This document shows positions 52,763 to 64,000 of a DNA stretch of 64,000 nucleotides, in pieces. The translations under genes were made by a program, and so were the position numbers. This DNA comes from Octopus sinensis (lineage: Eukaryota): the NCBI RefSeq assembly GCF_006345805.1, contig NC_043001.1:104904001-104968000 (forward strand), given 5' to 3'. The notes below the pieces were generated by a model that worked only from the letters and a program-made list of their open reading frames with translations, was not told the DNA's origin and did not search any database. Position 1 is the stretch's first letter. Each line of letters opens with the position of its first letter.

Positions 52763-52914
52763 TCTCCCATCTTCATAATATCATACTTGAAGACAAACAA
52801 CTGACTCGGACATTTCGAACCCACTCGTAAATCGATGTAGCTTGATTAAATGGCATAACACACTGGAGCAGACTGTGATTAGGTCTTTATTTATTGCTAA
52901 TATTGAAAGAGGTA

Positions 52915-53140
52915 AAAGGCGATGAGCTGGCAGAATCGTTACTGCAACAGGCAAAATTCTTAGCGGCATTTCGTCCGACTTTACGTTCCGAGTTCAAATT
53001 CCGCCGAGGTCGGGTCGGCTTTGGTTTTTATCCTTTTGGAGAGGATAAAATAAATACCAGTTGATCATTGGGGGTCGATGTCATCGTCCTAGCCCCTCCC
53101 TTGAAATTTCTGGCCTTGTGTTAAAATTTGAAGCCAATAT
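52915..53140 (+). mobile_element. SINE family B monomer with head
   Basis: ggcgatgagctggcagaatcgttac..cgagttcaaattccgccgagg. Confidence 0.85.
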
Positions 53141-53934
53141 CGGGAGGGACAAAGAATAACTGGTTTAAAGTGAATAAATGGTAAACTGGAAGTCGCTGAG
53201 TGTTTGAATAATGGAGTATGTGTGAATAAGAGTGACTAATGAACACACGTCTGAATTTCTGTTATTGTTGGATGTTATATATGATAATAGTAAAATTCTA
53301 CCTCGAACTGATAGCTTTCTTTATATTCATGTAAATGTACATGCTGAGAGCAACTAAAGCAAGACTATTTGATTTCATATTAAACATATGTCTGTTGGTG
53401 TATGTATGACTGCAGGCGTGTGAATGTTCAGCACAGCAAAATGTCAAAATATCACTCATGAATCGATAGTTGAAGAATATTTCTTCTTCTATTTGGTACT
53501 ATATGAGAAACAAATATACAAATAATAATGAAAAAAAAATCAAATAATATTATAAAAATATATTGGATTCCTCACTGAAATCAATAACGCATTGCAGACA
53601 ACTTGGGGCTAAAAAAAAAGCAAACAAAAAAAGTTTATTTCTTTAGAAAGATTTGAGTTATGTGTGTTATTAATAAAACATTGCTTTACGCTAACATGGT
53701 TTTTGGAATGCAGTGGAGGGAAATAATAAAAATTGAAAGAAAAATTACATAGAAACAAAAATAGCATCTATAATAAGATAGGATATTCTTAAAATGGACT
53801 TGTATGACTTGAGGCTTAGATAGTCTAGCATTCTGAAACAATTATTGAAAGTATCTTTAGATGAGGGAATGGTGGATATTTTGCTGACAGGTCGCATGGA
53901 GAAAGAGGTCAAATAATAATAATAATAATAACAA

Positions 53935-53985
<51 letters not shown>

Positions 53986-53987
<2 letters not shown>

Positions 53988-55045
53988 CTTTGGTGTTTGG
54001 CTCAGGTTCGATCTTATTCTTGATAGGATTCATGTGGAAAGCGGGTTGCTGCTCGTAACCTTAGGTATCCACAAGTTTTCAGCAGCCTTTCAAGTCCTTA
54101 GGACCCTACCTGATAACACTTGCTCTCCCTAAGAGACAAACTTTCTGTTGGAATTCTACCGTGCATTCTATTCCAATCTCTTTCCGTCGTTAGTCTATCT
54201 ATTTACACACTGTTCCCAACGCACCAATCATTATAGTCACGACCTGTACTGTCCACATGCTCCGAAATTTTTCTGTTCCAAATTTTAAGGAATTGTATTA
54301 TTTTTCTTCCTCTTTCTTCATAATCCTGGAATGAAAGGGCATGATGCATCATCGATAAGTAAGCAACTTCGCATTTCCTTTTCTCTAATCGTTATGTCGG
54401 ATCTATTATTTTCTAACTTCTTGTCTGTTTGAATAGGAAAATCCCACAAAATCTTACATTTCTCAGACTTCGGTGCTTTTTCGGCTCGATGATTGTACCA
54501 TGTGTTTCCAGCTTCGAATCCGCATTTCTGGCACAGTTTCCAATGCAAAACTTTAACAACCTGGTCGTGCCTCCATTTCTTATGTTCTTCCTGTGCCAAA
54601 TTTGGGCATTCTTCCACAATGTGTGCCACTGTTCAAAGTTCCACTGACTCAACATTTTTCTGACACATTCTCTCCATGTATTTTTTTTTCTCAAGTTGTT
54701 TGTTTTTATCGCCTGGGCTGCTACAACTCGGCTCCCTGTTTCTTCTTTTAATGGCTCCTTTTTTAACCAAGCCCCAGATTTTCTTCCACATACGTCTTCA
54801 GTGGTTCTTCAAAATTGGCCATTCAGAGGTTTCCCTTCGACCTCTCTGGCGTGCTCTCTTTGTATTTCATTCTTGCCCTTTTCTCTTATTACGCGCTTCA
54901 TAACCTCTTCTTTATTAACTGGCTTTAGTAGTTTTTTTCTGTGCCGCTCTATAAATACTCTACTATACTTTTTCTTTCCGCTATACACATTCTTCTTGTG
55001 CTATTAAGCATCTTCTGCCCTGGTATCTCTACAAGTACAGCCAGT
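53986..55045 (-). mobile_element. R4/Dong-like RLE LINE (family B), 5'-truncated, flanked on both sides by (ATT)n
   Basis: HIVEECPNLAQEEHKKWRHDQVVKVLHWKLC...KILWDFPIQTDKKLENNRSDI (zinc knuckle plus RLE); colinear with 13225-14240. Confidence 0.88.
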
Positions 55046-55055
55046 TGATTATTAC

Positions 55056-55104
<49 letters not shown>

Positions 55105-55406
55105 ATTTTCTTTCAATTCTGTTTCCTTTTCTTGCCGAGTGTCTTTCTGACACCTAGGGCAGAGAAATGTACTGTATACACTGATGGGCCATTAAAACAA
55201 ACACACCATTTAGAAAGCCATGTGACAGAGAAAAAGGGGAAGAAAGACACACAGAGAGAAAGGAAAAATAAAGAATAAAGAAATAAAAGAAATATCATTA
55301 TTATTATTTTATTCACCTATCCTTTTGTTTAGTGCTGGAGCACTAACTTTTAAATTATCATCATCATCATCATCATCATCATCATTATTATTATTATCAT
55401 TATCAT

Positions 55407-55451
<45 letters not shown>

Positions 55452-55452
55452 G

Positions 55453-56100
55453 TTGGTACATGCTAATTTTGGGGGCAGGTATTTTATCTTGATGTTTTGG
55501 GGACAGCAAGTCTCCCCAAATCTGAAGAATCTTCCTTAGAATTCTTGCAGAATATATAGGATGGTACTTTTCTGCAGCTGGCCGATGCGAGTTCCAATTC
55601 GAATCCCTTCTGCCTGGTAGCATTTTTGCTTTTTGCATGTGGTTCTAAGTGCACCAGTTACTGCAGTCTCCTCAACTTTCTGGCTAGATCTGGATATTTC
55701 TCAATATTTCAGTATTTTTTATATCAATCCTGTTATCAAAAGGATTTTCAAAACCTATGATCTTACACTGTTTATTTTGTCATTTATGATCCGATCTTCT
55801 TGTTTCACTATAATGGTCAGTTATTGTTAGGAAATCCCACAAGAGCTTGTAATTCTCATTTTCTATCACAGCTCCTGGTTCGTGTTCTTACCACTTTTCT
55901 GGCTTTTTTTTTTTAAGCCACACACTTGGCTAACATCCCAATGCACTCTTTTTCCTGTGCAGTGATGCAGTAAGCGTTTACACTCCTTTTGCGCTTGTAT
56001 ACTGCACTCGCTTCAAAGCTGATTGATACTTTTGCTCTGGATATATTCACCCCAGCTTTTAATAATACAAGGACAGATATCTCCATCAGCTAACCAGGGA
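55453..56100 (-). mobile_element. R4/Dong-like RLE LINE (family C), degenerate 3' fragment
   Basis: VHWDVSQVC, ENENYKLLWDF, AVTGAL and QKSTI..SARILRKIL in shifting frames; trinucleotide tail at 55357-55450. Confidence 0.7.
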
Positions 56101-56594
56101 AAGCTCATCTTCTAAATAGGATCTCAGTTAATTCATAACAGATGGGAAAAAGCGAAGAAGTTACATACGCACTGAGTGCCTGTTCCTAATGTTTGTAACA
56201 GAGAGGACTCCACTAGAAGCACTCAAAGACCAGAGCTTGGTTTAAACATAAGCTACAAATTAACGATGTCACCCAAGATGGTGGTGTGTGATTTGTATTG
56301 TAGTCTTGCAAGACGAGCGACCAGGTGAGTACTGTCGCTTCTCACTCGTGCATCTCATTCGGCTGAGATTCGACATGATTAAAGCAATGATAGCAAGTTG
56401 TGTACATGGTGAAACACTTCTAATAACATCAATGATTCTATTTCTTTGCCTGTGAATATCCTCTTCAATTAAAATTTTTATTTCTTTCACTTTGATATTT
56501 CGCAAAAAAATACGTTCTAATTGAGCTGCATCAATGCTTAGTTCATCTGACATCGATGAGGAGATGAATTATTTCTTATACACACGAACTTTCG

Positions 56595-56650
<56 letters not shown>

Positions 56651-56788
56651 TATACACATATATATACACACACATATATATGCACACACACACGCATATA
56701 CACGCACATATATATATACACACACGCACACATATATATATATATGTTTTAGAGTGTGCTTCTTTTTGGGATATATGAACTGCTGACG

Positions 56789-56846
<58 letters not shown>

Positions 56847-57386
56847 ACATGCATGTGTATGTGTGTGTATGTTGTACGGAGAATTAGACTTTCTTTTTTT
56901 TCAGCATTCAATCATCACAAGTATCGTCCTTATTTCCCATTTAATCTGACGATTAACTTATTACAAAAACAACGCAGCAGTTACACTAACATTCAAAAGA
57001 ACGGTGCATTCCACCTCGGTTCGATATTTCCAACGATAATCAAGCCCAGCAATGTATACCAATTATAAATTATGAGGAAACCCATTGACAAAAGGTAAAT
57101 TTAAGGAACTATGAACCAAACCATAAGAAACATCATTTCTATGGGTACCCATTTTCTAATGGGTACCTCATCTTCAGTCAGTTTATTTATTTCTGCAATG
57201 CAGATTAATACTTTGACAGGTAAAATTCATACTTGCATGTATGAGTTACCTTGATACTTTCACCCTTAGAATTACCAGATAGCCGACAGTATTAAATAGA
57301 TCTATGTTGTATCGAAACATTTCTAGTGGTCATGAAACAGCTGTTGAATCGTACTCCCCCCTCTTTATATACTATTTATTGTTTCC

Positions 57387-57480
<94 letters not shown>

Positions 57481-57490
57481 ATTATATATG

Positions 57491-57521
<31 letters not shown>

Positions 57522-57522
57522 G

Positions 57523-57554
<32 letters not shown>

Positions 57555-58431
57555 GGTATGTATGTATGTATGTATTTATGTATGTATGTATGTATGTATG
57601 TATTGTACGATGCTTGGAAGTTGAAGGAAAATACAATGGAATTGTTATAAAGAATAATAAGAGTTGATAAGAAGGCAGAAAATCAGACGTCATTCGGGAA
57701 GTTGTTTATGAAAAATAGAAACCTAACTCAACCTGTGACACAGTATTTATTTTTTGTTCTTCTATCTGTTTTCCTTGTGCCATAAACTAATGATAGTCTG
57801 TATAGAGTCGTTTTTTTTTTAGCTGAATTTAATATAATTTTGTTCAAGGACGCACTTCCATTTACGTGGGGGCATTCTAGATCTAGTGTGTTTTCATATT
57901 TTTTCTTCAATAATTAAACGAGATAATATGCGTAAAAACTATTTTACTTTTCTCTGATCGAGAACATCATAGCGAACTAAAAAGTGAAGCATATTAACTT
58001 TGTTAATCGACATATTACTATGGCTATCTGTTGCCTTTATATGTGTGTCTGTACGTGTATCTTAATATCTATGTGTGAATGTGTGCGTGTGTGTTTGTGT
58101 GTGTGTATTAGCAGAATAAAAGGAACATGACAAATAGCAAGCATTTTTCATTCTAATATTTTTTTACATTTTCTACGCTTTGATAGATAAAAGCATAGAT
58201 TCATAGATATAAAAAACGAACCTATCATTTATTCCCAATTGCATGTCACATATTTTCGTGCACAAATAATTTACATAGCATCACGTGATATCGATATATT
58301 TTGGAAGATTTCTGTGACGCTATTTTTTCCTCTGAAAACGAATAACCTCAGAATCACAATGCACTAAAAACACTGTGTGATACCACAGCTAAAACCCTGC
58401 CTATATTATCCCATGAATACGAATATGTATC

Positions 58432-58477
<46 letters not shown>

Positions 58478-58703
58478 AATTTTCCATTGCATAAGCATTA
58501 ATGCAATATATTGAAAATATCTATGGATATGCATAAGAAATTGAAGCGATGAAGAAATAAGAAATCAAGTCGTGATCTTCATTAGCTCACAGCTGTTTCT
58601 GCTATGAAATGCTATGCTTGCGTATCGCCCTATAGCCTCATCGGAGCTTCAGAAATGAAATGCAATTTTATTTAGGAAAAAGTCTACATACACACACACA
58701 TAA

Positions 58704-58759
<56 letters not shown>

Positions 58760-58979
58760 CATACGTACATATGTACACACACACATATATATATATGCAT
58801 GCATACATGTATATACATATATATATATATGTATACATACATACAAATACATGCATACATACGTATATATATATATCATCATCATCATTGTTCGACCGTA
58901 GTCGAGATTTTCATAGTCTTTTCAAATGGCTAATAATGTGTGCGCGCGCCACTACTACACACATTGGAAAGCATTGTAC

Positions 58980-59138
58980 AACCAAGTACTAAAGAAGATC
59001 TTTCCTCCTCCATGAAACAGAGCTGTTCCCGCCGGACGCCAACCCAGTATTTCTAAGCTATGGACCGAGTGATTTATTGTAAGGTTATCTCCCTAGATAG
59101 ATTGCCTTCACTACGGCTAAGGAGCCCTTTCTACCCCA
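58980..59138 (-). mobile_element. Possible RTE 5'UTR-like fragment
   Basis: ttagccgtagtgaaggcaatctatctaggggagataacc resembles the RTE 5'UTR motif. Confidence 0.35.
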
Positions 59139-59903
59139 TATATATATATATATATATATATAAACAAATCAAATTGCGATAAAATAAAAATAATTATAAT
59201 CGCTGGTATTAATATATATATATATATATATATATACATACATATACATACATACATATATATATATACATACATACATATATATATACATACATAGATA
59301 TATACATATGTGTGTGTGTGTGTGTGTGTGTCTGTGTGTATACACGTATGTATACGTATGTATGTATGCATGTTGACTTAGTTGTTATGCACTGAAAATT
59401 ATTCTGGGTAATTTAAGAGGTCAGTTTTTTTTTCAAACATGTCGCTCGACGTTAGATTCCTGTAATATTAATAGTTCAGCACAATACCCATGACAGACTT
59501 AAAATTGCTTTGAGTTAAAAGTGGCAAAAACAAACGTTCGAAGCTGAACATTTAGAAAATTAGAACACAAAAAAAAAGCTTCAGCATTATTTCTCGTTAT
59601 TTTCAATTAGAGTTGATGGCATTTAACGTAAGTCATGCAAACAACTGTAGAAAGAAAACGAATAAAATTTTTTTAAATGAAATAAAATTGAGATATATTT
59701 ATATGTGTGTATATGTATGTATGCAGTAATCACTCGCCATATCACGGTTCACTTATCGCTGTTTATTATTTAAAGTTACGTCGATTCCTCTGTGGAGGTG
59801 TTTCGCATTTATGATAAAATAAATATATAGAATTTATAAAAAATAATATAAAACAAGAGCACTCAAAGCGCGCAAACCTCCGCCAAGTCAACATCCACGT
59901 CCT

Positions 59904-61659
59904 ATTTTCTTTATTATGAGAACATTGGTTCTACAGAGAAGGGACAATACAAGGACAGACAACCCAACACAGTGGGGTACTTAAAACATAACAAACGAAA
60001 TTATGAATATAATGATATCATGAAAAATGAAATGTCTTCCCTGCACCCAGACGCAGGTAGTGTCATTTAATTGGTTATGTATCACATATTAACATTGTTC
60101 TTTTTTGTTTGTTTTTGCTTGAAAAGTCATTATTTTGAAATTTTAAATATTCCACTTTCATATTACATATTGTATTATATCCTCAAATGCCACTGGTGGC
60201 ATCTCATCGAATCGAACTTGTAACGGCGATATTTCCATTTTGTCACCAAATAGTTCCTTTAACCTTTCACCTCTGTCTCTCTCAAGCAAGACCACCTCGT
60301 CGTTCTCGGTACACTCCCTCTCTGATTCCGTTTTTCATTTTTGTAATCTTTCGATCTCTACACTCTTTTTATAGTTTATCATCGTTCGAATGTGTTTTCC
60401 TTTCGGTACCAACTCCTGTTTTCCGTCGTTATTCTCTCCTGATGTTCCTGGTATTGGTGTCTCATCCATACCTGTATCTCTCTTACTCTTTGTTGTTGCT
60501 ATCTCTCTTCTCTCTTCCTTTCCTTTCTGTGCACTTCCTTCCTCCTCCGTAATTTTCTCTCTTTTTTTGGGGGGGGGGTATATCTTGTCTTTCGCAGTGA
60601 TTCTTCTCTATATTTTCTTTTCTCTTTTTGTATGAACTTTTGGGTGGTGAATTAACGTTCTCCTCTCTTTTCTTCTTCCTTTTTCCAACTGTATATTTTT
60701 CTCCTACATTTTCTAACTTTTCGCTTATTTGCATTTGTACCTCCGCTCTTTGTTCCTCTTCCTCTTCCTGCTTCTCTTGTACTACTTCCTTTTCTTGTTG
60801 CTGGGGACACCTTGCTTTCATGTGTCCCCTTACCCCACAATTATCAACCTTGCTTCGTCCGGCAGTATCAGTTCCTCCGCAATCTTGTGCAAGTCTGGCA
60901 AGCTTATATGGACCAATGCCTCTAGTCAATACCCTCATCATTTCACCTCCGTAGTTCTTGATATTTTTATTATCTCAGTGTCCTCCTCTGTGTTAAAGAG
61001 GATGGCTGCCACCAGCAACGCCTCATCAATTTCTGGGGAAACTCTACCTATTCTTACTCTGGCCGCACGTTTGCCACAGTATGTCGGTAGCAGGGCCCAC
61101 TCTGCTGATCTCAAAGGCACAGTGGAGTATTTCCTCGCTTCTTCTTCACTCACGATGCGTACCTCCACTGTGCCGTATTTCCTTCCTCTGGTGTAGTAAG
61201 TCACTACGTTCTAAAATTCTCTGAGGCACTCCTCGACCTCCGCTACTGCTGCTATTTCCACCTTTTTTGTTCCAATTTTTAATGTTCTGTACACAATTGT
61301 TACCCTCTTCGTTTTATTTATTACTTCTGTGGGGGTGCGTCAACCTCAAACTATCTCTCTCCTTTCTCAATAAATCATTGTATTTTTTAAAGTTTTTCTC
61401 CTTCAACTAATTTCCTTGACTTGCAGTCCCTCCGCTGACAGGCTTTTGCCAGTCACTGCAGCATAACTGCCCGCTTGCACTGCTGTACCTTCCATAATGT
61501 TCACAATTTCACCCATAAATGGGGAATAAAGTTAAAAGACGGTAACAATGAGTGCAACAGGTAACAGCAATCCAACAATTCAATAAATAACAGTTAAAAA
61601 CGATACTCACAAGGAGCGTATACATTTCCAACTCACTAAATCATACGAAACACTAACGA
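59904..61659 (-). mobile_element. LINE-like element carrying only a degenerate gag-like ORF1 (L1/Tx1-like)
   Basis: ATG at 61495 (MEGTAVQAGSYAAVT); RRM-like GRKYGTVEVRIVSEEEARK and ARVRIGRVSPEIDEALL; knuckle remnant DNCGVRGHMKARCP; E/K-rich tail; stops and frameshifts; no EN/RT motif. Bounded by a degenerate 15-bp direct repeat. Confidence 0.65.
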
Positions 61660-62407
61660 CAACGCCGGCGTCCTCTCAACGATTAGCCAGAGATGAATTT
61701 TAAAGCGAGAATATCTGAAATAAACTCGACTGTTCTGACAAACGAGAATACTAAAACTGAACCCAACCGCTCTCAAATATTAAGTAAAAAACAGGTAAAA
61801 TAATCCATAAAGATATACATATACATATACATATATATATATATATATACATATACATGTATATACAGTGTGGGAAAAGTGAATGAGGTAAAAGTAGGTG
61901 AATGGACAAAGAGGAAGAAAATAATAGGAAAGAAGGAAGAACGGGAATAAAGAGGGAAACTTGAAAACAGGAAATGGTAGAAGGAAATGCACCAAATCTT
62001 ATAACAAAAATATGTGTGATGAAAACCATTTTTTTTTTTGTTTTATGATACTCTTTTACAAAATTGATAAAGAATTAAACGATGGTAACCGATATTTTGT
62101 TTCTTTTGTTTTATTTCTATAGGTTTTAACCACATGAACGGAAGATAGTTCTATCATTCATGGAAGAACAATTTGTTAAATACAGAAAAGAAAAGAACAT
62201 TCTTTCAAGTAATTGCACTTTTACTTATTTTCGTGTGTCACAGTTTTGCAAGGTGAATGGTAGAGAAGAAGAAGAAGAAATGTTACCACGCACTGTTTCG
62301 TTATGTTCTTATTCCATAAGCAGCTGAGATCGACTTTGCTTCTCATTTCCCCAGAGTCGATAAAATATGTACCATTCAAACAGAGAGGATTTTTTGATTA
62401 AATCGAT

Positions 62408-62438
<31 letters not shown>

Positions 62439-62769
62439 ATATCCTCCCCTTCTCTCACCCCCTCGCCTTCCTTTCTCTCAAACTCTCTCGCTTATATTTG
62501 CGGCTGTGTTAATCCAAACGACAGAAATCGATATTAGTCACGATATACTTTGTAAATAGAAACCCGATAGCATTTAGGAATGAAAGAAAAGGGGGAAAAA
62601 TGAATTTCAGGACATGGATGGCTAAGTAGGAAATGTAACACCATCTGACAACACCGACATAACGAGGGTTCGCATTCTTTGAACGACACCGCATTGCTTC
62701 TCGAGCACAGTTGCTTAACTTTCAGATATAATAATAATAATAATAATAACAATAAAACTAATAATAATA

Positions 62770-62823
<54 letters not shown>

Positions 62824-63380
62824 GAGTGAGAGAGCAGTTCATGCCATCAAAGTGACACTGGGGTAAAATATACGAAGCCCAATATACCCATCATGACTAC
62901 CCGCCTGATAAGGGTACACCAGGCACATGCATCACAACCATATGTGCGCGACATGGTGATCTCATATCAAGATAAACAGAACATGACCTTGCAGGTGGGG
63001 CCCAGTTAGAATTTTCTTCAGGTTGAGTAGCCCATCCCGCTCAAAAGGTCCCTGAATAAGGGTTGTTTAAGGATGTTGAAAGAACCACCCATGTTTCCAG
63101 AGGTGAATCATTCAAACCCCAAAGAATCCCTCTCAACACATGGCTATAATGCTCCCCCACTACTTCTGCTCGTGATCAGAGATGCACATATCGTCAGCCA
63201 CTAAGGGACATGCTCAACTGGTTACGGTCAAACAACTGACAAGCAAATCTGTGGTATTGAGGAGAATATTTGCTGTAGCCCATCTTTTATACCAAGACAA
63301 AACAATGTACATGATAACACTTGCGATCAGTTAAGATCAGAAGCCATGAGAGCCACTGCCTGGTACTGCATCAGGGCATT
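62824..63380 (-). mobile_element. Non-coding element X, apparently full length (~557 bp), between (ATT)n tracts
   Basis: Second copy at 12745-13105; no ORF of 60 aa or more; no obvious A/B boxes; (AAT)n tail on the minus strand. Confidence 0.85.
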
Positions 63381-63395
63381 ATTATTATTATTATT

Positions 63396-64000
63396 CAGTA
63401 GTTTTATTTTTATAGCGTGCTTTCACTTCACTACCGAGCGCAGCTCTGTGTGCCTTGGGTATGTGCTGTGATTTGTTGTGATGCTCTGATGGTTATTGTA
63501 TGGAAAGTGTTCTGCGTAGGATGTGTGCAGTGCCTAGTAGTGCAATTTTCTGTATGTTATATGTGTTTGTAAGTCCTGGTGTTTTTGTTATGTATTTGTC
63601 TGAATATTTTTTTATCATGCCTAATGCACCTACTATGATAGGAATTGTTTCTGTTTTCAGATTCCACATTCTAGTTACCTCTATTTCCAGGTCTTTGTAT
63701 TTTGAGAGTTTCTTCATTTCTTTTAGAGACACGTTGTCATCTGCCGGTATTGATACATCAATTAGAAAGCATTTTTTTCTTCATGATCTCTGACAACTAT
63801 ATCTGGTCTGTTGGCCTTAATTTCTCTATCTGTGTGTATCGGCATATCCCAGAGTATGGTTGCTTTCTCGTTTTCTGTGACCTTTTCTGGTGTGTGCCTA
63901 TACCATCTTTTTTCTGTTGTTATTCCATAATGTTGGCATAGCTTCCAATGTATGTAGGTTCCAACTCTGTCATGTCTGTGAATATATTCCTTCTTAGCCA
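63396..64000 (-). mobile_element. R4/Dong-like RLE LINE (family A) 3' end, running off the window
   Basis: IDVSIPADDNVSLKEMKKLSKYKDLEIEVTRMWNLKTETIPIIVGALG...IQKIALLGTAHILRRTLSIQ*; ~100-bp 3'UTR; (AAT)n tail. Confidence 0.92.

Noticed and set aside
63345-63380. Hammerhead ribozyme at the 5' end of element X (ctgatg)
   Set aside because: The core reads CUGAUGC rather than CUGANGA, and I found no properly placed GAAA with supporting stems.

Overview
Repeat-dense, AT-rich metazoan genomic DNA. The SINE families and the very high load of (TA)n/(CA)n/(TACA)n/(ATT)n microsatellites point to an octopus (coleoid cephalopod) genome; this is inferred from recognition, not from a search. I could not confidently identify any host protein-coding gene, and nearly all ORF-track entries are microsatellite translations. 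The window contains: fragments of several non-LTR retrotransposon clades (RTE, R4/Dong-like, HERO-like, CR1/L2-like, and a gag-like ORF1 element); at least three tRNA-derived SINE families in more than 25 copies; a few MITEs/non-autonomous DNA transposons; an integrase-like ORF; and one tRNA-Gly(GCC) gene with an eroded 5' end. The most interesting signal is an interlocking retroelement ecosystem. (1) R4/Dong-like elements and a non-coding ~560-bp partner are stacked in the same orientation inside (TAA)n arrays. (2) RTE-derived elements sit in (TACA)n arrays; one encodes three C-terminal C2H2 fingers, and another is a non-coding 5'UTR+3'tail derivative with the same tail. (3) The two dominant SINEs each share their 3' tail with a different LINE-like element in this same window, one of which appears to be an ORF1-only element. 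A few GC-rich unique islands remain unexplained exon or promoter candidates.
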